Assembly (NCBI GenBank): GCA_029856105.1
Contig: JAHQWH010000088.1
Coordinates: 1 to 37,431 of the forward strand
Origin: Promethearchaeia archaeon
GTDB lineage: Archaea > Asgardarchaeota > Lokiarchaeia > Sigyniarchaeales > SOKP01
Length of the DNA: 37,431 nucleotides
Reading direction: 5' to 3'
In this document: positions 9,031 to 18,532 of the stretch, one piece after another
How positions within the stretch are numbered: position 1 is the first letter of the stretch
Layout: every line of letters begins with the position of its first letter
Notes under the pieces: model-generated
What the model was told of the DNA's origin: nothing
Seen by the model: only the letters and a program-made list of their open reading frames with translations
The model's database searches: none
Position numbers and translations under genes: made by a program

Positions 9031-9612
9031 ATGGTATGCCAAATTTGTGGAGCAAAATCTGGATTTTATCCATTATGTAAGAATTGTTTTAACTTAAAAG
9101 ACGAAGGTAAAATAACTAAATGTGAAGATTGCGGTATTTGGAAAAAAGATGCAAAACCTCTATGTTATGAATGCTGGCTTAAAAGTAATAAGTTAAAACA
9201 AAAAGTATCGGATGATTACAAAATCTCAGATATCGAAGCCGAAGAGAAAAATTTCCGAGACAAATTTCGTGCTAAATATAGAACAGATGATGGTCATAAA
9301 GTCAGGTCAAAAGCAGAGCAGGCCATCGATAATTGGTTATATCATAATGAAATCGTTCACGCTTATGAAAGACGAGTTCCAATAGAAGAAGACCTCTTCT
9401 GCGATTTCTTTATCCCAAAAGGGAAAGTATGGATAGAATACTGGGGTCTTGAGGATAAAAAATATTTAAAAAGAAAAGAATTGAAGAGAGCACTCTATAA
9501 AAAATATGATAAGGATCTAATAGAACTAACCGATAAAGACATAAAAAATCTTGATGATATTTTACCCTTAAAATTGCGACCTTATTTACCGTCCAACTTT
9601 AGTTTTGATTAG
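9031..9612 (+). CDS. Zn-ribbon protein with C-terminal PD-(D/E)XK-like nuclease domain
   Basis: Four CxxC pairs, then YRTDDGHKVRSKAEQAIDNWL...CDFFIP...IEYWG. ATG 9031 follows GAGGT (the track starts at TTG 9001). Confidence 0.7.
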   Translation: MVCQICGAKSGFYPLCKNCFNLKDEGKITKCEDCGIWKKDAKPLCYECWLKSNKLKQKVSDDYKISDIEAEEKNFRDKFRAKYRTDDGHKVRSKAEQAIDNWLYHNEIVHAYERRVPIEEDLFCDFFIPKGKVWIEYWGLEDKKYLKRKELKRALYKKYDKDLIELTDKDIKNLDDILPLKLRPYLPSNFSFD

Positions 9613-9637
9613 AAAAAAAGAATTAATTTTTTTTATC

Positions 9638-10210
9638 TTAAATACTAAATTGTCCACGTTTGTATAATTCAAAAAGAATTTTAGCTTCATGGATTGCATC
9701 ATCTGCAGCTCTATGTTTTTCAATATATTCCCTATTTGGGAAGAAAAAGTCCCAAGCTTCTTGGACATTAGGCCTTTTATATCTTGAATTGTCATATTGG
9801 TATGGTATTTTCAAAATATTTTGTACTGTCAGCATTATACATGGTAATTCTTTGGGAACATTAATCTCTCTAGCTTTTAAAAAATCAAGGTCGAAAGCTT
9901 TTTTATAAGCAGTTATTGGGTATTGATTGAGAATTTTGCTTATTTTCGGTTTTAAATTATCAAGTAGTGGAGCATTTTCAATATTTTCAAATTTAAGATT
10001 GGAATTATTAAAAATCCATGAATCTCTATGCTCTTTCCCAAATTTAGGCTCCTTTATTAATGAATCAAAAAGAATCCTAATTTCACCAGTATCTAAATTT
10101 AATTCGACAATTCCAATTTCCAGAATTAAATCTCTTTTTGGATCTAACCCCGTGGTTTCGATATCTATAACAGCAACCTTATTATCTTTTAATTTTCTCA
10201 TTATATTCAT
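9638..10210 (-). CDS. DEDDh 3'-5' exonuclease (DnaQ-like)
   Basis: DIETTG (ExoI), AYKKAFD (ExoII), HRAADDA (ExoIII). Confidence 0.92.
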   Translation of the reverse strand: MNIMRKLKDNKVAVIDIETTGLDPKRDLILEIGIVELNLDTGEIRILFDSLIKEPKFGKEHRDSWIFNNSNLKFENIENAPLLDNLKPKISKILNQYPITAYKKAFDLDFLKAREINVPKELPCIMLTVQNILKIPYQYDNSRYKRPNVQEAWDFFFPNREYIEKHRAADDAIHEAKILFELYKRGQFSI

Positions 10211-10322
10211 ATTCCTACATGCTTAATTTTGCCTTTTTAAATCCCTTGTTATGATTTTTATAAAATCAAAATTCGATTGTTACAAATAAGTTCACATTTA
10301 TTATCAATGTGATAACTGTTCG

Positions 10323-10392
10323 AAATTTCTAATCAAAACATTAGACCATGAATTATCATAATTCAAGTAAAATACCCGTACAGTGCTAATGG
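10323..10392 (+). pseudogene. Second orphan 3' end of the ATPase gene, with its downstream sequence
   Basis: Encodes KFLIKTLDHELS* (cf. KYLIKTLDYELS*); similarity to 5307-5378 continues ~30 bp past the stop. Confidence 0.85.
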
Positions 10393-10546
10393 TGTGAACT
10401 ATAATTTTATCCCCTTTTTAGGAAATATTCATTCCAAACCGATTTTTTTAGGGGGGGACACCACGGAGGAGGGAGAAGAAAATAGGAGGAAAAGAATATA
10501 TTTATATTCCAACTATTTTAGGTTAGGATATTGAGTTGTTGATAAA

Positions 10547-11143
10547 ATGACAGTATTATGGTATGAAGAAAATTATAAGATTACCGAATATGATGACGAT
10601 TGTAATCAGGAAAATGTTGAAAGATTAGCAGATTTTATTTATGGAAGATTTTACGAACGATATTTACAACCGTTTGAGAAAATGAACCTTGATATAAAAA
10701 ATGGTTTTAGTATAATGGCAGTTGCATGTTTGATGATTGAAACACTGGAAAATTTTTGGCGAGGTTCGAAGGAAACTCCTATGAGAAGAGGAAATGAATT
10801 TTTTGAAAGTTTTTTTTCTCGATGTTCCCACTCCGACAATGATTTATCTGTCTTTCAAGGCTTAAAATTTTATAAATTTATTCGATGTGGGATTTTACAC
10901 CAAGCTGAAACAAAAGGGGGGTGGAAAGTTAGAAGAGACGGACCATTGTTGAAGGAAGAAACAAAAACAATCAATGCAACAAAGTTTTTAGGTCAATTAA
11001 ATGAATATTTGAAGTGGTACAGAGAGGAATTAAAAAAGAGAGATTTTAAAACTGATGAAATTTGGAAGAATTTCAGAAAAAAAATGAAGGCTATAAAAAA
11101 AAATTGTGGTATATCGACGGAGGATAGTTCAACAGATTGCTGA
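10547..11143 (+). CDS. Hypothetical protein, possible HEPN-like fold
   Basis: Helical protein with CLMIETL and RCGILH (E...RxxxxH pattern). Confidence 0.5.
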   Translation: MTVLWYEENYKITEYDDDCNQENVERLADFIYGRFYERYLQPFEKMNLDIKNGFSIMAVACLMIETLENFWRGSKETPMRRGNEFFESFFSRCSHSDNDLSVFQGLKFYKFIRCGILHQAETKGGWKVRRDGPLLKEETKTINATKFLGQLNEYLKWYREELKKRDFKTDEIWKNFRKKMKAIKKNCGISTEDSSTDC

Positions 11144-11217
11144 AATTAAAATTTCATAGTGAAACAAAATTATTCCTAAATTTATAATAAAGATTAAATC
11201 AAAATTAGCAACAATCT

Positions 11218-11991
11218 TTATAAAGATTCAATAAGACTCTTCAAATTAAATTTCTTTCTAATTGAATCATCGATAAAATCCATGTATGATTTAATATCAT
11301 CATGGCATTTCCAAAGATAATCAATATCACAGTTAAGTTCTTCATTTAGTTGACCTTTGCCTAAAGACATTTTTTTTAAGTATATTTCAGATATTTTCCC
11401 ATCATTATGGACAATTATATTTCTTCGGTAGTAATTTTCTCTTAACGGCTTCCAGTACTCAAAATCTTCTTTTAAATTAATCTTAAATTTATCCATTAAA
11501 GTATCGGCAATTTGATCAATATCAAGATAACCAAGACTATTTATTTCTTCTTGGACTATACACTCATATAATTCGTCAATATCAGAGAAGTTGAGCAATG
11601 CCTCATAATTTAAATGTTTATCCTTTGTTTTCATTAGCTCAGGTTTAAATTTAAATAATGTCTGAAAGAAATCCTTATTAAACGCTTCAAATAGAGAAAA
11701 GAGATAAATTAATCCCATTTTTAGTATATGATCCTTTATTGTTTCTGGTTTTTGATTTATCTGAAAATCTATTTTTTCTAATTTATTCGTTGTCAATGGT
11801 TCTTGCTTAGATTCTTGAGATGGGAAAAATGAGGTTCTATATCTATCTTTTATAGCTTTTATTGAACCATCTCCCATAGAAGTAGTATTATAACCCCAAA
11901 ATAGCATGGTGGATATTACAGTTTCTAAAATAAAAGTTAAATGTGTTGAATAATATACATTGATACTTGCTAATTTGGATTCGATACTCAT
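11218..11991 (-). CDS. HEPN-domain protein (putative RNase)
   Basis: FSLFEAF and RRNIIVHNDG (RxxxxH) motifs typical of HEPN families. Confidence 0.7.
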   Translation of the reverse strand: MSIESKLASINVYYSTHLTFILETVISTMLFWGYNTTSMGDGSIKAIKDRYRTSFFPSQESKQEPLTTNKLEKIDFQINQKPETIKDHILKMGLIYLFSLFEAFNKDFFQTLFKFKPELMKTKDKHLNYEALLNFSDIDELYECIVQEEINSLGYLDIDQIADTLMDKFKINLKEDFEYWKPLRENYYRRNIIVHNDGKISEIYLKKMSLGKGQLNEELNCDIDYLWKCHDDIKSYMDFIDDSIRKKFNLKSLIESL

Positions 11992-12163
11992 ACAATTTAA
12001 TATATTTCCAGTTTCTAATATATTTTATTTATAAGTTACTGAATCTTAAAAAATATTCATTTCTTTGTATTTTCTCCTTATTACCCGCATAGGAGATGAA
12101 AATTAAGATAAATTTATATAGTCGAATTTTCTTGTTGAAGTACTATTTAAAAATTATACAAAT

Positions 12164-12811
12164 GTGAAAAAAATGAGTAATATCAAAAAGTTAGAAAATA
12201 AAAAGCTTAAAGGAATATTAAAGAAGATTAATACAGATCCTCAAACTCAGGCATTTTATGATTCTAAATTAAATCGAGTAATGAACTTCCTACAAAAAAC
12301 TGCAGGATTTAAAATTGCTGCGATCAAGGAAGGTGGATCTCGAGGGAAGCAAACAGATACGAGGAAGAGCGATCTAGACATTATTTTTTGTACTGGGAAA
12401 GATCAAAATCAGAAAATTATTCGAAATGACCTTTTTGAGAGAGCTAAAAAAGCATTCAAGAAGAATACCAATGTCAATAAGAGTAACAAGGCAGTCAATA
12501 TAGATTTTTTAAAACCCAAATCTAATATTGATGTTGTATACCTTACAAATCAACAATTTAATCAAGAGAAAAAGAAGATTGCTCAAATTAAAAAATTAAG
12601 ACCGTTACATAAAAATGCAATAAAGCTTGCAAAATACGCTCTGGATAAAGCTAAACAGAAGACTATCGAGGGTTATGAAGTAGAGCTTGCCTGCCTTACT
12701 TTTAATTATAACGATCTTTCGGAATGTGTATATCACCTTATTAATTATTTTTCAGGGAGATTAAAACAGAATAGATCGAGTGTTGGTAATGTATTAAAAT
12801 TCTTAAGATAA
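12164..12811 (+). CDS. Pol-beta superfamily nucleotidyltransferase, OAS/CD-NTase-like
   Basis: GGSRGKQT..SDLDIIF (GS, DxD), third Asp in NIDVVY, AIKLAK and GYEVEL (cf. SYxLEL). Start may be ATG 12173. Confidence 0.7.
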   Translation: MKKMSNIKKLENKKLKGILKKINTDPQTQAFYDSKLNRVMNFLQKTAGFKIAAIKEGGSRGKQTDTRKSDLDIIFCTGKDQNQKIIRNDLFERAKKAFKKNTNVNKSNKAVNIDFLKPKSNIDVVYLTNQQFNQEKKKIAQIKKLRPLHKNAIKLAKYALDKAKQKTIEGYEVELACLTFNYNDLSECVYHLINYFSGRLKQNRSSVGNVLKFLR

Positions 12812-12901
12812 CATTCTGCTAAATAGATGTTAGAAATGAAAAAAAGTAAGAAAGTCATAAATCCAGTTTAAATAGAAAATTAGATTAGAGGACATTGATC
12901 T

Positions 12902-12961
12902 TTTTTTTTATCTCATATATGAAATAGTCCACGTTTATATAATTCAAAAAAGATTAAAGCT
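12902..12961 (-). pseudogene. Orphan 3' end of a DEDDh exonuclease allele
   Basis: Aligns to 9627-9686; encodes ALIFFELYKRGLFHI* versus AKILFELYKRGQFSI*. Confidence 0.8.
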
Positions 12962-13061
12962 AAGGAATTATATGACAGAGTTAAAAAAAATTTCCCTGAA
13001 TATCTCAATAAGCTAAATCAAGCTATAAAAAAATTTTAATCTATACTGTAAAAGATAAAAA

Positions 13062-13979
13062 TTAAAAAGGTTTCGAAGAACATCTACCTCCTTTCGATGT
13101 CCTCATGTCAGAAAAACTAGAAGCGACAAGGTTGTGTGAATGGAAGAGCCGTTGATCTTCAAGAGCTTGACAAAGTTTACTCAGAAAACTAATAAATCCC
13201 TTAATTTGATTTTCTACTATTAAATCATTAAAAAAACCTTCTCTAAATCCCTCCTTTTGCCACATTTGGTTTTCATGTAAAAATAATGGATACTCTTTGA
13301 TAAGTTTTGAAGGAAAAAATTGTGGCCAACGAGGATTATATGGTATTTTCCCCCCATATTTTTTTGAGAAATCAACTCTACCTTGTACGTTATATGGTAT
13401 ATCCCAGTTCAAAGATATTCCCTTCCGCATAATATATAGATAATCAAATCTTTCACTTGGTTTTATATCATTCTCATTTACAATTTTTGTTATATTTTTT
13501 AAAATTGAACCAAATTTCTTCCAAATTGTATCATAAGCGAAAATATAACAGAGAGGTGGATGAACTTGCCATCGAGGATTACCATCCAATCTTTTAAAGA
13601 AATTCATCCTCCTTAAATCTCTGATCTTTAAAAGCGTTTCTTTTAGATTAGTATTTCCTAAGGTTGTTTTTACTTCAATACACATAGAAACACCTTCAAT
13701 GAGAAAGTATTCCGTTTCTGAAAAAATTCGAGGGTATTCGGTTGAATTCCAGATAACTATATCTTGCTCAGTTGATTCCTTTCCATCTTTATCAAATAGA
13801 ATTTTACTTCTTGTTAACTCAAATTTTCTGGGTAAGAAAGATTTTAGGAGATTGATGAGAACAGCCTCATTTTCTCTTCCTTTTATTGCCTGATGATTAT
13901 AAAGAGAATTTAAATTACTAATACTTTTATAAAATTTTTCATAAATTAATTCCCATAAGAGGTTCTTCTTTGATTTCAT
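13062..13979 (-). CDS. NucC/DUF6602-like restriction-fold endonuclease
   Basis: GRENE..L..FLP.KF....FD.DG.ES.EQDIVI...IEGV...IEVKT pattern (D..ExK). Confidence 0.7.
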   Translation of the reverse strand: MKSKKNLLWELIYEKFYKSISNLNSLYNHQAIKGRENEAVLINLLKSFLPRKFELTRSKILFDKDGKESTEQDIVIWNSTEYPRIFSETEYFLIEGVSMCIEVKTTLGNTNLKETLLKIRDLRRMNFFKRLDGNPRWQVHPPLCYIFAYDTIWKKFGSILKNITKIVNENDIKPSERFDYLYIMRKGISLNWDIPYNVQGRVDFSKKYGGKIPYNPRWPQFFPSKLIKEYPLFLHENQMWQKEGFREGFFNDLIVENQIKGFISFLSKLCQALEDQRLFHSHNLVASSFSDMRTSKGGRCSSKPF

Positions 13980-14147
13980 ATATAGATCTTTAGGTAAAAC
14001 TAATATATAATTTTGAAGTTAAAAGATATTTCTTGTTTAAACAGGCTCTAATTTAATACAAAAGCATAAATATTATAAAAAAATAATAATGGGTTAAAAC
14101 TCCGGTTTTTATAATAAAATCATACAACTAATAGAGGTATAATATAA

Positions 14148-14720
14148 ATGTGTGCGGATTTATCCTTAGTAGAAATAATAATATTATTAATTTCTATAAT
14201 TGGATTAATATTAAGCATCATAAACTTGGTAAAAAGTGCATTACATGAGAAAAGATATAAATACCAGCTTAAAATCAAATTGAAAAAAGATTTGTTAACA
14301 AAATGGTTTGAGATTGCAAAAGATTTTGTAAAACTAGTAGAATTTAGTAGAATTGAGTCAACGAACACTCATAAATACTATTACTATGAGATAAAGAAGG
14401 AAAATAGTAATGAATATTTGGATTTAGAGAATAAAAAAGGTTTTATTAATAGATACGAGTATGCTATGACTAATTTTACAAAATTCTGCCAATATCCTGA
14501 TGAGACTGCTGGACCCTTTGATATACCAAGATTATTAAATGTCAATAAAAATATGGATATTGAATTTATTAGTTATCCATTATCGTTAGATCCTGGAAAT
14601 GAAGAAAAAATAAAAGAAGAGTTTTTAGAAGACGTTAAAAATCATGGTCAAATGAATGGTATAAGAATTAAGGGATTTCGCTGGTGGAAGATGAAAAAAA
14701 TCTTAGGAATTCTTTATTGA
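14148..14720 (+). CDS. Hypothetical protein with N-terminal TM helix
   Basis: 190-aa ORF; GAGGT upstream; hydrophobic residues 7-28. Confidence 0.65.
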   Translation: MCADLSLVEIIILLISIIGLILSIINLVKSALHEKRYKYQLKIKLKKDLLTKWFEIAKDFVKLVEFSRIESTNTHKYYYYEIKKENSNEYLDLENKKGFINRYEYAMTNFTKFCQYPDETAGPFDIPRLLNVNKNMDIEFISYPLSLDPGNEEKIKEEFLEDVKNHGQMNGIRIKGFRWWKMKKILGILY

Positions 14721-14893
14721 GATTTTAACTTAAAAAAAAAATTATTGAAGAGAGACCTTTGAGTATCCTAAATTATATTATTTGAAGATAATATGATTCC
14801 ATTAGTTCTCAAGTAAGAAATTCTAATTATTATATAATATAAATTATACATTTTATTGTAGTTTTTAAATCTCTAACCCTAATAAAGAATCAA

Positions 14894-15157
14894 ATGTTAA
14901 ACTTTTTGGATATTTCTGACTTCAATTTATTTTATTTAATTCTAATCCTTATTTTAGTTGGACTTAATATAGTTTTTTTCATATCTCAGAAAAGAGAAAA
15001 GTCAGCTATTAACCTAAAAATTCTCATCATTATTCTATTGGTAATTACAATAATTATTTTCGTTTCGACTTCGTTAAATTATCTTACTTCTACGGATGAA
15101 TCAATAAAATCCTCAGAAAATGTACTTTTTAACAATATATTTCTATTTTTCTTTTAA
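14894..15157 (+). pseudogene. Membrane-protein gene apparently truncated by repeat R copy 2
   Basis: Two TM segments; the last codons (FLFFF*) are supplied by repeat sequence beginning at 15141. Confidence 0.55.
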
Positions 15158-15210
15158 TATTTTAGCGATATTTTGAGTGAGCTCACATCCAACAATATCA
15201 ATTCCGTTAA
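15141..15210 (+). repeat. Repeat R copy 2 (orphan 3' end of the small ORF)
   Basis: Minus strand encodes VNGIDIVGCELTQNIAKILKEK*. Confidence 0.9.
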
Positions 15211-15395
15211 CGAGTATAGTTAAATAATATTTGGGCCTCAAAACTGTTAAGATCAGTTTGAAAAATTTTTATAATTTTAATAATCTATTCGTTTTTAAGT
15301 TCTACCTCTTTTTTTTAGTTGTTCCATTTTTTTCTTTAATCTGTGATTTTCAGACGATCACAATTTATTTATAAAACAATGAAGGAGTAAGATTT

Positions 15396-16925
15396 ATGAA
15401 GATAAGTATATTAAACGATGTATTAGGGCCAATTCTGCATGGACCTAGTAGTTCACATACCGCTGCTTCCTATAGTATTGGTCGGTTGACCCATATGTTA
15501 TGTAAGAACGAAATAAAGGAAATTCATATTACATTTGATTCAAAGGGTTCTTTTGATAAGACATATAAATCTCAAAATGGAGATGTTGCGTTCTTATCGG
15601 GGATACTTAATTTAGGTGTTGATGTTCCTGACTTTTTTAATTCTAAAAATGTAGCCAGTGAAGAAGGAATTAGAAGTATCTTCGATTCTAAAGATATTCC
15701 TGAAGCAGATCATCCAAACTATATGTCAATTAATATTCCTGCTAAGAAATTAACAATAGTAGCGAAATCCATAGGAGGAGGCATGATTCTGATAGAAAAG
15801 ATTAATAGGTGGAAAGTTAAGCTTAAAGGAAATAATTATAATATATTAATCGAATTTCTTACAAATTCCAAGGAAGAACTACTGAATTTAATTCAATCAT
15901 TTTCTAATTCTCCAGAAAAAATACATATCCAAGATGATGAGAGGTATTCTTTTATTCAACTAAAGAATCCAAATAAGTTTAAAGATGAATTTGTTAATAA
16001 ATTAAAATCTCTAGATTATATTTCTAATATCTGGACTACTCAACCTATACTTCTTCCGATTCATGGGACTCCGTTGTTTAAAAATAGCTTTGAGATGCTA
16101 AAGCTTGCAGTTGAGAATAAGTATTCTCTCGGAGAGATTGGGCTTATGTACGAAACAGATTTATTGAACGTAGATGAAAAATCCATTTTAGAAGAAATGG
16201 AAAAAAGGATTTTAGTAATGTTTTCTTCTATTGAAAAGGGTTTGGAAAAGAAAAATTCGTGTATGAAATTATTGGAGCATTCTGCAAGTAATATCCAAAA
16301 AAAAGAGAATCTGCTTTTCAGTTCTGGAATTAATTTAAGAAGTTCTTATAGGGCTATGGCAGCTATGGATACAGCTTCTTCAGGGGGACTGATCTGTGCG
16401 GCCCCTACAGGCGCTTCTTGTGGTGTTATTGCTTCTGTTCTTTATACACTCCATTACGATTGTAATATTAATATGAAAAAGATTATTAAATGTGCACTTG
16501 CAGCAGGAGTGATTGGTTTAATAAACGGCATGAATTCAACTTTTGCTGCTGAAATAGCGGGATGTCAAGTTGAGATAGGAATGGCTGGAGCAATGGCAGC
16601 GGCAGCAGTGATCGAAGCTGCTAATGGTAGTCCTACAGCAGCCACAGAAGCGGCAGCGATTGCATTGCAAAACACAATGGGATCTGTATGCGATCTTGTT
16701 GCGGGATTCTGTGAAATCCCTTGTCACACTAGAAACGCAGTGGCAGCGTCAAATGCGTTTATTTGTGCTGATCTTATTATAGGTGGTTATAATAATCCAA
16801 TAAATCTTGATGATTCAATCCAAGCATCGTTTGAGAGCGGTAAGATGTTACCCTCTCAATTACGTTGTACTTCATTAGGAGGAATCGCGATCACAGAATC
16901 AGCAAAAAAATTGGGGAGAAAATAA
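15396..16925 (+). CDS. sdaA: Fe-S L-serine dehydratase, fused beta and alpha subunits
   Basis: GPILHGPSSSHTA, SIGGG, AAPTGASCG, GCQVEIG, GSVCDLVAGFCEIPC, LRCTSLGGIA. Confidence 0.9.
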   Translation: MKISILNDVLGPILHGPSSSHTAASYSIGRLTHMLCKNEIKEIHITFDSKGSFDKTYKSQNGDVAFLSGILNLGVDVPDFFNSKNVASEEGIRSIFDSKDIPEADHPNYMSINIPAKKLTIVAKSIGGGMILIEKINRWKVKLKGNNYNILIEFLTNSKEELLNLIQSFSNSPEKIHIQDDERYSFIQLKNPNKFKDEFVNKLKSLDYISNIWTTQPILLPIHGTPLFKNSFEMLKLAVENKYSLGEIGLMYETDLLNVDEKSILEEMEKRILVMFSSIEKGLEKKNSCMKLLEHSASNIQKKENLLFSSGINLRSSYRAMAAMDTASSGGLICAAPTGASCGVIASVLYTLHYDCNINMKKIIKCALAAGVIGLINGMNSTFAAEIAGCQVEIGMAGAMAAAAVIEAANGSPTAATEAAAIALQNTMGSVCDLVAGFCEIPCHTRNAVAASNAFICADLIIGGYNNPINLDDSIQASFESGKMLPSQLRCTSLGGIAITESAKKLGRK

Positions 16926-17053
16926 TCAATTTTTCATTACATTAAATTGTGTGCGATCTCGTGAAAAAAACTTTCAATGTTAAGTCCTGTTAGCGCTTCG
17001 GTTCAAAGTTTTTTAATAAATATTCTGCATTTTTTCTATGGTTTAGTTTTTCT

Positions 17054-17143
17054 TTCTATTTTTCATTTAATTTTTTCTTGATATTTTGAGATAGTCCACA
17101 GCCGACTATATCAATTCCGTTTAAGTTCTTCTTTAATATCTTC
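17054..17143 (+). repeat. Repeat R copy 3 (with an ~11-bp internal deletion)
   Basis: Minus strand encodes NGIDIVGCGLSQNIKKKLNEK*; similarity resumes at ttaagttcttctttaatatcttc. Confidence 0.9.
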
Positions 17144-17262
17144 TTACTTCTTTTTGAACTGAAAAATTTGACAAAATAGTAAGATTTAAATTATTATCAA
17201 GCTTAATTATCAATGCAAAATCTAATAATTAATCAAATTAAAATTACTCAAATGTGAGAATT

Positions 17263-17589
17263 ATGGTTATGGTTGTATCTACATCTTGGTTTCCAACAAG
17301 TAAATCCGCTGAAGTAGGGAAAAAATATCTTGAAGTCTTGAAACAATTTCCTCGGGATAAAACAATTTCAAAAGTTATTGTACCCGTAGGCGTAAGAACA
17401 ACATCAGATGGAATGAAATCCTTTTCGATTTTTGAAGTAAAAGAAGGGAAATTAAAGGAATTCATGAACATAGCTTACAAGCAAATACTCATTTACTCTG
17501 AAATTGAGGGATATCAAACTGAAATGGAATTTTACATGTCAGGAGTAGAGGCATTACCACTTGTAGGACTTGAAATGCCTGAATTATAG
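17263..17589 (+). CDS. Small hypothetical protein X, copy 1
   Basis: Close paralog of 20102-20422; ATG after GTGAG (the track starts at GTG 17254). Confidence 0.8.
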   Translation: MVMVVSTSWFPTSKSAEVGKKYLEVLKQFPRDKTISKVIVPVGVRTTSDGMKSFSIFEVKEGKLKEFMNIAYKQILIYSEIEGYQTEMEFYMSGVEALPLVGLEMPEL

Positions 17590-17776
17590 ATCAAAAATAA
17601 TTAAATTTTTTTTATCTTTTTTTTTTTTTAATTTTTTACTGATATTTAATTGATTATTCAATATGGGGTTTTTCAAAGCAAGCACCTAACAGAATCAGCT
17701 ATTTTATATTGACTACGACTTACTATGCCTTTTTCCTTTCTTTACCTAAAAATCTAAGTCTTTTCATTATTTTTAA

Positions 17777-18400
17777 TTAATCTTTTGAAAGAGCAAGAAT
17801 GATCTTATTTAGTAATTGGAGGAAATATTCATCAGACTCAAAAGTATACTCATCATAAATATGGCGATGGATTAATGTATCAACAATCCTATGAATATGT
17901 TTTTCCTTTCCCTCAAACTTAAGATCTTCTTGAGGGAACTTTTCTAAAAGAGTTTTAATAGGCTTAAAAAAAAGGTTCGTCTCGATCTGACGAGCTTCTT
18001 TGGATCTGATATCATTTTTTAATTTATCATAAAAGCTAATGTTAGAAAGAACTTCGCTTTCCATCGCAGCTAAGAATAGGCGATTTTTTCTATGATTCTC
18101 AATTAATGCTAATAAATATGTGTTTAACCCATCTGAAAAGTTATTAATTTCCTTGTCAGCGAAAAAATTTTGAGAGTTCAAATCTTCTGAAAATTCAATG
18201 GTTGATTTTACTATTATTTCTTTCAGAAGATCTATCTTCCCCTTCTTAAAATGATGATACAAGGTTCCAACACTAACGTTAGCTAGATAAGTTATATCAC
18301 GGATATTTGTATTGCTATACCCTTTCTCTAATATCAATTTTTTAGCGATTTCCAGAATTTTATCTTTAGCAGACTTTTTACTCATATCTTTAATATACAT
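17777..18400 (-). CDS. TetR/AcrR-family transcriptional regulator
   Basis: KILEIAKKLILEKGYSNTNIRDI...VSVGTLYHHF.K HTH; start may be ATG 18385. Confidence 0.92.
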   Translation of the reverse strand: MYIKDMSKKSAKDKILEIAKKLILEKGYSNTNIRDITYLANVSVGTLYHHFKKGKIDLLKEIIVKSTIEFSEDLNSQNFFADKEINNFSDGLNTYLLALIENHRKNRLFLAAMESEVLSNISFYDKLKNDIRSKEARQIETNLFFKPIKTLLEKFPQEDLKFEGKEKHIHRIVDTLIHRHIYDEYTFESDEYFLQLLNKIILALSKD

Positions 18401-18419
18401 ATAATAAAATAAAAAACTT

Positions 18420-18503
18420 TCGAATTCGATTCGGTTTCGATATCTTTAAATATTATTATGAATATTTTTATCATAATAACTAGAAAGCGAATCGGTTTCT
18501 AGT
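18420..18503. promoter_or_regulatory. Two related palindromic operators in the divergent TetR/hydrolase promoter
   Basis: ACTAGAAAGCGA-A-TCGGTTTCTAGT (18479-18503, one mismatch) and TCGAATTCGA-T-TCGGTTTCGA (18420-18440). Confidence 0.7.
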
Positions 18504-18532
18504 ATAATCATTAGAAAAAGAGGTTAAAATAA

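Noticed and set aside
10440-10495. T-tract/G-tract purine-rich stretch as an ncRNA or G-quadruplex
   Set aside because: No stable fold or regular G-run pattern is evident; insufficient evidence.
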